Origin: Mobula hypostoma
Taxonomy: Eukaryota
DNA length: 64,000 bases
Direction of reading: 5' to 3'
NCBI RefSeq assembly: GCF_963921235.1
Contig: NC_086097.1
Span: forward strand, 139,378,001-139,442,000
Shown: piece by piece, positions 27,001-38,171 of the stretch
Position numbering within the stretch: the first letter of the stretch is position 1
Layout: every line of letters begins with the position of its first letter
Notes under the pieces: model-generated
Seen by the model: only the letters and a program-made list of their open reading frames with translations
Database searches by the model: none
What the model was told of the DNA's origin: nothing
Made by a program: the position numbers and the translations under genes

Positions 27001-30000
27001 GATGGACAGTACTGAGGGAGTGTCACACTGTGGGATGGACAGTACTGAGGGAGTGTCACACTGTGGGATGGACAGTACTGAGGGAGTGTCACACTGTGGG
27101 ATGGACAGTACTGAGGGAGTGTCACACTGTGGGATGGACGGTACTGAGACTGTGTCACACTGTGGGATGGACAGTACTGAGGCAGAGTCACACTGTTTGA
27201 TGAACAGTACTGAGGGAGTGTCACACTGTGGGATGGACAGTACTGAGGGAGTGTCACACTGTGGGATGGACAGTACTGAGGGAGTGTCACACTGTGGGAT
27301 GGACAGTACTGAGGGGGTGTCACACTGTGGGATGGACGGTACTGAGGGAGTGTCACATTGTGGGATGGACAGTACTGAGGGAGTGTCACACTGTGGGATG
27401 GACAGTACTGAGGGAGTGTCACACTGTGGGATGGACAGTACTGAGGGAGTGTCACACTGTGGGATGGACGGTACTGAGGGAGTGTCACACTGTGGGATGG
27501 ACGGTACTGAGGGAGTGTCACACTGTGGGATGGACGGTACTGAGGGAGTGTCACACTGTGGGATGGACAGTACTGAGGGAGTGTCACACTGTGGGATGGA
27601 CAGTACTGAGGGAGTGTCACACTGTGGGATGGACAGTACTGAGGGAGTGTCACACTGTGGGATGGACAGTACTGAGGGAGTGTCACACTGTTGGATGGAC
27701 AGTACTGAGGGAGTGTCACACTGTGGGATGGACAGTACTGAGGGAGTGTCACACTGTGGGATGGACGGTACTGAGGGAGTGTCACACTGTGGGATGGACA
27801 GTACTGAGGGAGTGTCACACTGTGGGATGGACAGTACTGAGGGAGTGTCACACTGTGGGATGGACGGTACTGAGGGAGTGTCACACTGTGGGATGGACGG
27901 TACTGAGGGAGTGTCACACTGTGGGATGGACGGTACTGAGGGAGTGTCACACTGTGGGATGGACAGTACTGAGGGAGTGTCACACTGTGGGATGGACAGT
28001 ACTGAGGGAGTGTCACACTGTGGGATGGACAGTACTGAGGGAGTGTCACACTGTGGGATGGACAGTACTGAGAGAGTGTCACACTGTGGGATGGACAGTA
28101 CTGAGGGAGTGTCACACTGTGGGATGGACAGTACTGAGGGAGTGTCACACTGTGGGATGGACAGTACTGAGGGAGTGTCACACTGTGGGATGGACAGTAC
28201 TGAGGGAGTGTCACACTGTGGGATGGACAGTACTGAGGGAGTGTCAGACTGTGGGATGGACAGTACTGAGGGAGTGTCACACTGTGGGATGGACGGTACT
28301 GAGGGAGTGTCAGACTGTGGGATGGACGGTACTGAGGGAGTGTCACACTATTGGATGGACAGTACTGAGGGAGTGTCAGACTGCGGGAGAGACAGTACTG
28401 AGGGAGTGTCACACTGTGGGATGGACGGTACTGAGGGAGTGTCACACTGTGGGATGGACGGTACTGAGGGAGTGTCACACTGTGGGATGGACGGTACTGA
28501 GGGAGTGTCACACTGTGGGATGGACAGTACTGAGGGAGTGTCACACTGTGGGATGGACGTTACTGAGGGAGTGTCACACTGTGGGATGGACGGTACTGAG
28601 TGAGTGTCACACTGTGGGATGGACGGTACTGAGGGAGTGTCACACTGTGGGATGGAGAGTACTGAGGGAGTGTCACACTGTGGGATGGACAGTACTGAGC
28701 GAGTGTCACACTGTGGGATGGACAGTACTGAGTATGTGTCACACTGTGGGATGGAGAGTACTGAGGGAGTGTCACACTGTGGGATGGACGGTACTGAGGG
28801 AGTGTCACACTGTGGGATGGACGGTACTGAGGGAGTGTCACACTGTGGGATGGACGGTACTGAGGGAGTGTCACACTGTGGGATGGACGGTACTGAGTGA
28901 GTGTCACACCGTGGGATGGACGGTACCGAGGCAGTATCGCACTATGGGATCGTCGGTACTGAGGGAGTGTCACACTGTGGGATGGACAGTACTGAGGGAG
29001 TGTCAGACTGTGGGATGGTTGGTACTGAGGGAGTGTCAGACTGTGGGATGGATGGTACTGAGGGAGTGTCAGACTGTGGGATGGTCGGTACTGAGAGATT
29101 GTCACACTATAGGATGGAGAGTACTCAGGGAGTGTCACACTGCGGGATGGACAGTACAGAGGGAGTGTCACACTGCGGGATGGACGGTACTGAGGGAGTG
29201 TCAGACTGTGGGATGGTCGGTACTGAGGGAGTGTCACACTGTGGGATGGACGGTACTGAGGGAGTGTCAGACTGCGGGATGGTCGGTACTGAGGGAGTGT
29301 CACACTGCAGGATGGACGGTACTGAGGGAGTGTTACACTGCGGGATGGACGGTACTGAGTGAGTGTCACACTGCGGGAAGGACGGTACTGATGGAGTGTC
29401 ACACTGCGGGATGGACGGTACTGAGGGAGTGTCACACTGCGGGATGGTCGGTACTGAGGGAGTGTCACACTGCGGGACGGAGGGTACTGAGGGAGTGTCA
29501 CACTGCGGGATGGAGAGTACTGAGGGAGTGTCACACTGCGGGACGGAGAGTACGGACGGAGTGTCACACTGCGGGATGGACGGTACTGAGGGAGTGTCAC
29601 ACTGCGGGATGGACGGTACTGAGTGAGTGTCACACTGCGGGATGGACGGTACTGAGGGAGTGTCACACTGGGGGGTGGAGAGTACTGAGGGAGTGTCACA
29701 CTGCGGGATGGACGTTACTAAGGGAGTGTCACACTGCGGGATGTACGGTACTGAGTGAGAGTCACACTGCGAAATGGACGGTACTGAGGGAGTGTCACAC
29801 TGGGGGATGGAGAGTACTGAGGGAGTGTCACACTATGGGATGGAGAGTACTGAGGGAGTGTCACACTGTGGAACGGAGAGTACTGAGGGAGTGTCACACT
29901 GCGGGATGGACGGTACTGAGGGAGTGTCACACTGCGGGATGGACGGTACTGAGGGAGTGTCACACCGCGGGATGGACGGTACTGAGGGAGTGTCACACCG

Positions 30001-30921
30001 TGGGATGGACGGTACTGAGTGAGTGTCACACCGTGGGATGGACGGTACTGAGGCAGTATCGCACTATGGGATGGACGGTACTGAGGGAGTATCACACCGT
30101 GGGATGGACGGTACTGAGGGAGTGTCACACTGAGGGATGGACAGTACTGAGGGAGTGTCACAGTGTGGGATGGACAGTAGTGAGGGAGTGTCGCACTATG
30201 GGATGGACGGTAGTGAGGGAGTATCACACCGTGGGATGGACGGTACTGAGGGAGTGTCACACTGTGGAATGGACGGTACTGAGGGAGTGTCACACTGAGG
30301 GATGGACGGTACTGAGGGAGTGTCACACCGTGGGATGGACAGTACTGAGGGAGTGTCACACCGTGGAATGGACGGTACTGAGGGAGTGTCACACTGAGGG
30401 ACGGACGGTACTGAGGGAGTGTCACACCGTGGGATGGACAGTACTGAGGGAGTGTCACACTGAGGGATGGACAGTACTGAGGGAGTGTCACACTGAGGGA
30501 TGGACAGTACTGAAGAGGGTCACAGTGTGGGATGGACAGTACTGAGGGAGTGTCGCACTATGGGATGGACGGTAGTGAGGGAGTATCACACCGTGGGATG
30601 GACAGTACTGAGGGAGTGTCACACTGAGGGATGGACAGTACTGAGGGAGTGTCACACTGAGGGATGGACAGTACTGAAGAGTGTCACAGTGTGGGATGGA
30701 CAGTACTGAGGGAGTGTCGCACTATGGGATGGACGGTAGTGAGGGAGTATCACACCGTGGGATGGACAGTACTGAGGGAGTGTCACACTGAGGAATGGAC
30801 AGTACTGAGGGAGTGTCACAGTGTGGGATGGACGGTAATGAGGGAGTGTTGCACTGTGGGATGGACGGTAGTGAGGGAGTGTCACACTGAGGGATGGACA
30901 GTACTGAGGGAGTGTCACTGG
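1..30921 (+). repeat. Giant 33-bp minisatellite array, consensus GGGATGGAC(A/G)GTACTGAGGGAGTGTCACACTG(T/C), about 935 units, truncated at window start; intronic
   Basis: Directly visible tandem repetition; 11-aa periodicity in the ORF track; ends ...agtgtcactggg near 30921, about 200 bp before the first visible exon. Confidence 0.99.
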
Positions 30922-31122
30922 GAGGAGCTTGATTCTGCTTGTTCCAATGTTTCAATACAAGAAGATGTTCACTTGTACTGAGACCTTGGAGTGCGGCTGT
31001 GGCTCCTGGGTTACATCAACCTCTACCCCACCCCACTCCCAACCCTCCACCTCCTTCCACCCCTCACCCTCCACCTCCCCTCCCCACATTTACAACCTTT
31101 AACCCCACCTTTCAATCTGCAG

Positions 31123-31361
31123 GCACAGCCAGGGTGAGAGTGAGCAGAGAACGATCGGGAACGTGTCAATGGGCGGGCGGACTCTGTACCTGACGGAGGG
31201 GCTGAGATACAGGCACCTGGGCACAGTGCTGCCCCTCCCTGGGACTGTGCTGGAGCCTCGGGCTGAGGTGGGGCTGCTGACTCGGAACGTGGTGGTGAGT
31301 GGCTCCAACAACGTGGAGTGGAACGACCGCATCGAGCGGTGTCCGGACGGGTTTGACACTG
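31123..31361 (+). CDS. PKHD1L1: PKHD1L1-like exon A (HSQGESEQRTIG...RCPDGFDT)
   Basis: ctgcag| acceptor, G|gtacgg donor; 239 nt. Confidence 0.92.
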
Positions 31362-31566
31362 GTACGGAGGGAGTCCCAACATGGGGGGATGTCATCTTGC
31401 TGGGCAGCATGGTAGTGGGTGAGGGTGTGTCCACACATCACACCCCCTGAGCCCATGGGGGGAGAAATCTGAACGTTAGTTCCCATCCCCCCATTGCAAA
31501 GCCTCCCCCAACCTACCTGACCCAATCCAGCCTGCCCACACCAAATCCCACAGACACACATGCACG

Positions 31567-31570
<4 letters not shown>

Positions 31571-31599
<29 letters not shown>
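31571..31599. repeat. (CA)n microsatellite
   Basis: Pure CA run with degenerate flanks 31550-31650. Confidence 0.95.
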
Positions 31600-31601
<2 letters not shown>

Positions 31602-31686
31602 GCACACAAGCACACGCGCGCACACTCTCTCTCTCACTTGCACACACACTCTCCCACCACTCTAAGGCCCACCTCTCTCTCTGCAG

Positions 31687-31823
31687 GTGAGTTTACCACC
31701 CAGACCTGCTTCCAGGGGCGGCTGGGAGAGGAAATTGGAAGCGATGAGTATGGAGGCTGCATCATGTTCCACTCCCCACATCCTGACCAGGGGCTGGCGC
31801 AGGGCCGGATAGAATACGTTGAG
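31687..31823 (+). CDS. PKHD1L1: PKHD1L1-like exon B (GEFTTQTCFQG...GRIEYVE)
   Basis: ctctctgcag| acceptor, GAG|gtaatt donor; 137 nt. Confidence 0.93.
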
Positions 31824-32214
31824 GTAATTCACCCTAATCTCCCCACCTCTCCTGTCCACATCAACCCATTGTATCATATCTCAACCTCCACTCCCAGCCT
31901 ACTCCACCCTCACCCTATCCTACCTCCTCCTCCTCATCCGTCCTCGCCCTATCCTACCCCACCCAACTCACCCCACGCTATCCCACCCTTCCCTCCATCC
32001 CCTAATTTACCCTACACTATCTCTCCTCACCCTCCTTCCCTGTCCTCACAGTCAATCGTGTCCACACCATCCAACACCAACCCTGCCTCGTTCAGTCACC
32101 AATCCCCCATTCCAAACTGGAAAAACTGGTTATCTGAGATTTTTGAATCATACACGTAACAGAACTTTCCCCCTTCCCCTCCCCTCCATCTCTACCCTTC
32201 TGTCCCCTCCCCAG

Positions 32215-33238
32215 GTGTACCATGCTGGACAGGCCTTCCGCGTGGGCTGTTATCCCGTCCACTGGCACCTGTTGGGGGACCTGTCCTTCGGCTCGTACAT
32301 GCGAGGCTGCTCGATCCACCAGACCTTTAACCGCACCGTCACCATCCATGGCACGCACCGGCTGCTGGTGGAGGACACTGTGGCCTTCAACGTGAAGGGA
32401 GGGGCATTCTTCCTGGACGATGGAGTGGAGCGGGACAACGTGCTGCGCCACAACTTGGCCGTGTGGGTGCGCCAGAGCACCAGCCTGCTGAACGACGACC
32501 TCACCCCAGCCGCCTTCTGGGTGACCCACCCCAGCAACACCCTGCAGGGCAACACCGCGGTGGGTGGCACCCACTTCGGCTTCTGGTACCGGCTGCTAGA
32601 GCACCCAGATGGGGCCTCGTGGGACCAGAACCTGTGCCCGCGTAGCCTCCCCCTCGGGCTTTTCCTCAACAACTCGGTCCATTCCCAGGGCTGGTACGGT
32701 CTCTGGATATTCCCGGCCTATCACCCGAACAGGGAGGGCAGGTGCTCGGGCGGGAACTCCCAGCCGGCAGCCTTTTACTCCCTCACTGTCTGGAACTGCA
32801 GGAAGGGGGCCCAGTGGACGGAGGCAGGGGCCCTCCAGTTCCACAACTTCCTGCTGGTCAACAACGAGGAGGTGGGGGTGGACATCCGCCGGGTGCTGAG
32901 GGCCCATGTCGGTGGTTGGGGCCTGGCTGCAGGGGCCCTGCTCAGCAACCTCACTGTGGTGGGTCATGCCCGGGGTCTGGACCCCCGGCTCTGCACACGC
33001 ACTGGCCTGCTCCTGCCCCTGGACGAGGGGCTGACCGTGGATGGGCTCCACTTGGTGAACTTTGACCAGCCTGGCTGCGCGGCTCTGGGGCTGGCATCTA
33101 TCACTGGGAGCTGCAGAAAGGGCTGCGGGGGCTGGAGTGTCAGGTTCAATCGAGTCCACTACTCCAATGTCTCCAACAAGGCCGCCTTCCACTTGGAGCA
33201 TGAGATTGTGCTGCACGACACCGATGGCTCCCTTGCAG
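32215..33238 (+). CDS. PKHD1L1: PKHD1L1-like exon C, large PbH1 exon (VYHAGQAFR...HDTDGSLA)
   Basis: Pyrimidine tract ccccag|, G|gtgaga donor; 1024 nt open; inside ORF 32143..33402. Confidence 0.95.
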
Positions 33239-34018
33239 GTGAGAAGAGAGGTGGAACTGGGTGTTGGGGAGGGGAAGGGACTGGTTCTAACCGGCAGGAT
33301 GGTGACCCTGCGGAGAAGGTGGTGGGATTGGGTGACGGGTTACCCAGGATGAGGAAAAGGGCGGTGGGGGTTCCCATTGGGAGGAAGAGGTTGGGTGGGT
33401 GATGAGCGGAGTGGACGGGAGGGTGGGGTTCGAACAGTGGGAGGTGTTTGGAAACTGAGTGGCAGAGGGCGTCAGAACTGGGAGATGGGAAGAGGGAGAT
33501 GGGAGGGTTACTGGAAGGAAAGGTGGTGGGTGAAGGAAAGGGAGGTCAGTGAGACCAGGGAGAAGTGACGAGGGGAGCTCAACGACATGGGGGCAAGGAG
33601 TGGGAGGTAAATGGGGACCCGTAGAGAAGATGGTTGGAAAAGGGAACAGGGTGGGTGGTGCGGAAAAGGGGCAGGGAGATGGGAGGGCACGTGAACTCGA
33701 GAATGCCTCGGGGTGGGGGGAGGTTTGAAATGACTGTAGTTATCTACTCACTGCAACTGATGTTGGAAGAACATACAGAAACCATGTTGAGTGGGGGGTG
33801 GGCACCAAGATAATGTCCCTGCCTTGTAGGTCTATCAAGCTACCCCATATGCTCCATCACTGGACTTTACCTCAACCCCTCCTACTGGGAGTAATTCTCA
33901 CATCCCCATTCACTGGGGAATATTGCCCCTGAATGTTACTGGTGACGGCGGGAGGGACAGGGCCGAGGGAATACCGCACAGCGGGATGCGTTAACTATAA
34001 CTAGGGCTACTTTTGCAG

Positions 34019-34210
34019 GTGGTGCTGGGTACAAGGTGGTTCCTTACAGTCGGTTATTGGACCCTGCACGGTGCCAGCAGTCAGAAGAATGGAGCCAGCA
34101 ATTCCCGGGTGTTGTGTGCGACTCCACTGTCAGCTTTCATCATGTCTCTATTCACAGCCCCTCTCCATCTGACCTGTGGGGGCGTCAGCTCATCCTGTCC
34201 AACGCTTACG
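34019..34210 (+). CDS. PKHD1L1: PKHD1L1-like exon D (GGAGYKVVPYSRLLDP...LILSNAY)
   Basis: ttttgcag|, G|gtacgc; 192 nt. Confidence 0.9.
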
Positions 34211-34599
34211 GTACGCCCCCTCCCACTCTCTCCCTTTCACCCCCTCCTCCACCAACACATCAGTTACTCTCAGGTGAAGAGCAGTGTGCTCAGGCGGCTT
34301 TGAGTGGAGCGGTCTGGTGTTTAGGCACTTCCCCAGGGTGAGAGCATGAGGAATCTTCGTGGCTGCAGCTGCCGGAGAAGATGGCCTAGATAGGATTATA
34401 ATTATCGTGTGGACTTGTCCCCTGACCAGTTCTGTTGAACGTGGCTCAGAGCCCTATGCAAACTGAGCAGAATGAGGAATCAGAAATAGAGCAGCTGAAA
34501 TAAAAACACAAACTCTCAGCAGCTGGAGAGAGGGAGGGAGATAGGAAGATAGAGAGAGAGTGTCCGAGTATCAGGTTCACACACGTGTGTCAACACTGA

Positions 34600-34980
34600 A
34601 AAAGAACAAGGAGCCCTACAGCACAGTACAGGACCTTAGATCCACAATGTTGCACTGACCTTTAAACCTAAAATCAATCTAACCCTTCCCTCCACCATGG
34701 CCCTCCATTTTTCTATCATCCATGTGCCTATAAAAGATTCTCTCAAGTCCCCCTATTGTATCTCTCTTTACACCACAGCTGGCAGGAATCCCATGTGCTC
34801 ACCACTCTCTGTGTGAGAAAACCAAAACTTACCTCCAGCATCCCCCTATACTTTCCAATCTCCTTAGAAGTATGCCCCCCTGATATGAGCCATTTCCACC
34901 CTCTCTGGCTTCCACTCGATCCACGCCTCTTATCATCTCGTGCACCCCTATCAAGTCGTCTCTTGGCCTCCTTTTCTCAA
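34600..34980 (-). mobile_element. Degenerate CR1-type LINE 3' fragment
   Basis: Resembles other CR1 3' ends in the window (caccactctctgtgtgagaaaa, cgcctcttatcatct). Confidence 0.55.
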
Positions 34981-35497
34981 AAGAATGAGATGCAGGTTGT
35001 TTTTTAGTAAGAGAGAGGATGGGAGAGGATTGTGGTAGGATGAGTGGAAGAGGCTCTACGAGGGCCGTTCCCAGCATGTTAACCTCCCCAGTCGGTGGAA
35101 TGAGTACTGGTGGCGTGATGGGACCTGCCAGCAGACTAGAGTCTCTGATTGGATAAGGAAAGGTGAGACTCACAGGCATCATCCTTCTCCATCTAGCTCC
35201 TTGCGTGGAAAGCACAACCTTCCAAGCCGGTGGCCTCCTGCTAAAGCCTGCAGAGTATACAACTGGTGAACACAACAAGGTTTTGGGAAATTTGCTTGGG
35301 AAGATACCCTAACTTTGATGAGTGTGTATCTTTATAGAATTGTTTTATTCTGAATGTCACAAATTTCTGATGCTCCTTCCTCTTCCATCAGAAACACGAT
35401 TAGGGTTTTATCACCACCTCGTATCTCACAGTTGCTTATATTGGAAATTGCTTTGAAAGGTGTTTCATACTCGGGCACTATATGAGCTGTTGCCAAT

Positions 35498-35830
35498 GAG
35501 CACACTGCTGGAAGGATCAGTAGGTCAGGCAGCGTCTGTAAAGGAAAGGGGACAGTTGATAGACCAGGTTTAGACATTTTATCTGCATTGAAAGATAGAG
35601 GGAAGTAGCCAGTTTAAGGAGGTGAGAGAGAGCTGGCATGTGAGCTGACAAGGCAGGATGGGCAGCTGTAGGAAGGAGGAGTGACAGAGGTTGCAAGGTG
35701 AGAGGTGAAGGGGGAAGAAACTGGGTGATGGGAAGCTGGGGTGAGTGTAGGAGGAACTGGGTGAATCAAGAGGAGAGAGAAAAGTGATGGAGTGGTAGCA
35801 GTTTACCTGAAAAATGGAGAATTTAGTGAA
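35498..35830 (-). mobile_element. Old degenerate Penelope-like 3' fragment
   Basis: gctggaaggatcagtaggtcaggcagcgtctg parallels 40327-40360 and 53544-53577; hammerhead core eroded. Confidence 0.5.
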
Positions 35831-36164
35831 TCAGTATCATCTTTATTATCACCTGACATCAGTCATGAAATGTGTTGTTTTGCAGCAGAATACGGAGCAA
35901 GACATAAATTTTGCTATAAATTAGAAAAATATGTAAAGAGTGCAAAAGACAAATGAGGAGGTAGTGTTCATGGGCTGATCAGAAATCTGATGACGGAGGG
36001 GAGGAAACTTTCTAAAAAGCTCGGCATGGACCTTCAGGCTCCCGTACCATCTCCCTGCTGGTAGTAACATGAAGGCAAGTCCCAGACGGTGGGGTCTTTA
36101 ATGATGGATGCCACCTGCTCTTGAGGATCTCCTCGATGTCGTTCTGTTGTAGACTTCTCCTCCA

Positions 36165-36699
36165 CTGGTCAGGGTTGTCCATGGATACTCCATCCCAGCT
36201 GTCCACATGATATGCTGTTGCCCATGTAGCAGCTCCCCCTCTCCAAGCAGCTGATGAATCCAAAGAAACAGCAGACACTGATGCAGTTTGGCACCAGTGG
36301 CATTGCAGGAGTTGCCAGTCAGCGTTGAACTCAGTGTAAGACTGTCTTCAGCTCCAGATTTTTCCTGAGGGTTTGCACCCGAAGCCTTCCCCATGAGCGG
36401 GTATAGCTGCAAGGTAGCAGAGGACAGGGATCAGAGATTTCCTTCTCTTGGATGAGCTGCCAACTACGGACAATAAGCCCCATCTGCCCGTAGCAACTGG
36501 TTTTAAGGTGCCAGTCACCCACTTTTGCCCCTTCTCCTCTCCGTAGAAACGGTTCTGCCGGGCTTAGTAGCTAAGCCACACGTGAAGGCCAGGAGCCAGT
36601 TGACAGAGGCGATTTGAGACACACACCATCAGGAGCATTTAATTGATCACAGGAGCTTATTCACACTACCTCCCCTGGCTACAATAGCCTTAAGGAACC
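36165..36699 (-). mobile_element. Dispersed ~550-bp repeat, copy 1 (probably RTE-related non-autonomous element)
   Basis: Clearly similar to 46720-47291 (gtttggcaccagtggcat, ggagttgccagtcagcgttgaactc, shared end ccttaaggaacc); family and strand inferred. Confidence 0.65.
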
Positions 36700-36890
36700 A
36701 TGTTGTACACTGCCCAGGTAGAATATCCTCTAGTTACTGAAAGCCATCACAAAGTGAGGCTTCTAAATTGCTGCTTTACGGAACATTGTAGCTGGAGAAG
36801 AAGTTGTCAGTGGAAGAGAGGAAGATTCAACTGTTTTGCATGGTTAAACCAAAATGATAGCCTGACATGTTTTGATGTGTGTTCACACAG

Positions 36891-37042
36891 GAAGCAGCAG
36901 TCTCTCCTTTTGGTATGAAAGGCTAAACCATGGACCAGGCTGGATGGCCCTCATACCTAACAATCAGACTGTTAATTGGCACTTCAAGGACGTGGATCAC
37001 ATCACGGAGATCTCCTACAGGGCCACCTTTTATCATTTCATG
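36891..37042 (+). CDS. PKHD1L1: PKHD1L1-like exon E (GSSSLSFWYERLNHGPGWMALIPN...ATFYHFM)
   Basis: cacacag|, ATG|gtactg; 152 nt. Confidence 0.9.
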
Positions 37043-37424
37043 GTACTGGCAGGACGTTGTAAGAGACGTGGTGTAAATGGGACACGTTGCCTTGGTTCGG
37101 GTTCAGGCCTAGGCTCAAGCAGGACAAAGAGGTGGGGAGGGTGCAGGGAGACTAGGGGTTGGCTTGGTCAACAAGGTCAGGGCTTCACGTCCCGCTCCAG
37201 GGATTGGAGCATAGAGCTGACACTGACCCTCAGCCTGGAGCTGAGGGAATGAGGTAGAATAGGATGGGATGGGACCTGGGTCACCAGCCAGCAAGTATGG
37301 CCCGGGACTGATGGGAAGGAGTCAGAAGTTGTGGCAGGAGCTTGAGAAGGACAGATAGGTCCAGACTGATATCGTTTTGGTTCCTTCCAGGAACACTCTG
37401 TTGTGGCTGAACTTATTTCCTGAG

Positions 37425-37662
37425 TTACCATGCTATCTGTGTGGAGTCTGCATGTTCTCCCCATGACTACGTCAGTTTTCCCCAGGTGCTCCGGGTTCCT
37501 CCCACCTCCCAAAGACACACGGGTTGCTAGGTTAATTGCCCCTCATGTGTGGCTCCGTGGCAGGGGGTAATTGTTGGGAATGTGGAGAGAATAACATGAG
37601 AGTTTTGTAAATGAGTTATTGGTCGGCATGGACTTGATGGGCCAAAGGGTCTGTTTCTGTGT
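37425..37662 (+). mobile_element. V-SINE-type SINE body with LINE-derived tail
   Basis: V-domain-like ctgtgtggagtctgcatgttctcccc...ggtgctccgggttcctcccacctcccaaagac; tail atgggccaaagggtctgtttctgtg. Confidence 0.7.
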
Positions 37663-37960
37663 TACCTTCTGACAGAATGGGTCAGAGAAGTTTTGGAAAC
37701 TTGATCACAGGAGAAGTCAGTGGAGGACAGAGGGAGGGGAGAAGAGGAGAAACAGTACTTCCCAGTAGTCGAGAGCTCGGCTGATGCAGCACCAGGGAAA
37801 CGTTCCAGCACTCCAAGGACTTCCATTTCCAAGTGCATCAAGACATCACTTCCTGCAACTGAGGAACCCAAAAACAGGCTCCTTATCCCAGTCCCCAGCC
37901 ATCATCCTCAGCATGGTCCCTCCCCTCTGGGCAAGGGGAAATAGTAGAAACTAGATCATA

Positions 37961-38135
37961 TGGGAGGGCAGGTCACTTGTCCAGTCCCAGGTGGGAGGCC
38001 AGGTCACGTGACCAGTCCCGGGCGGGAGGCTGGGTCACGTGACCAGTCCCCAGTGGGAGGCCCGGTCACGTGACCAGTCCCCAGTGGGAGAGCAGTCACA
38101 TGTCCAGTCCTGGGTAAGGAGACTGGTCACATATT
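37961..38135. repeat. 31-bp minisatellite (~6 units) with GGTCACGTGACC palindromes
   Basis: Core starts at 37971, 38002, 38033, 38064, 38094, 38125. Confidence 0.9.
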
Positions 38136-38171
38136 CTGGCCACACTAAGCTTCGCCCGTGGTGTTTTACAG

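Noticed and set aside
1..30921. Very long ORFs ([44 protein letters not shown] repeats) as proteins
   Set aside because: A 33-bp unit that is stop-free in four of six frames yields these automatically; stops and frameshifts are scattered and the array is intronic
1..30921. CRISPR-like array
   Set aside because: No unique spacers, no cas genes, spliceosomal eukaryotic context
1..30921. Canonical G-quadruplex array in the 33-mer
   Set aside because: Only two GGG runs per unit with 13-14 nt loops
32143..33402. 419-aa ORF as a standalone intronless gene
   Set aside because: It is exon C plus intronic read-through; splice sites at 32215 and 33238 join neighbouring exons in phase
36250..36275. 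CTGATGA...GAAAC as another hammerhead
   Set aside because: No helix II pairing, and the second copy (~46847) lacks GAAA
36555..36600. HDV-like ribozyme on the minus strand of the RTE-related repeat (UUCACGU loop, GGCTTAG/CTAAGCC hairpin)
   Set aside because: I could not assemble P1/P2/P3 by eye and the hairpin is not kept in copy 2; needs a descriptor search on the family consensus
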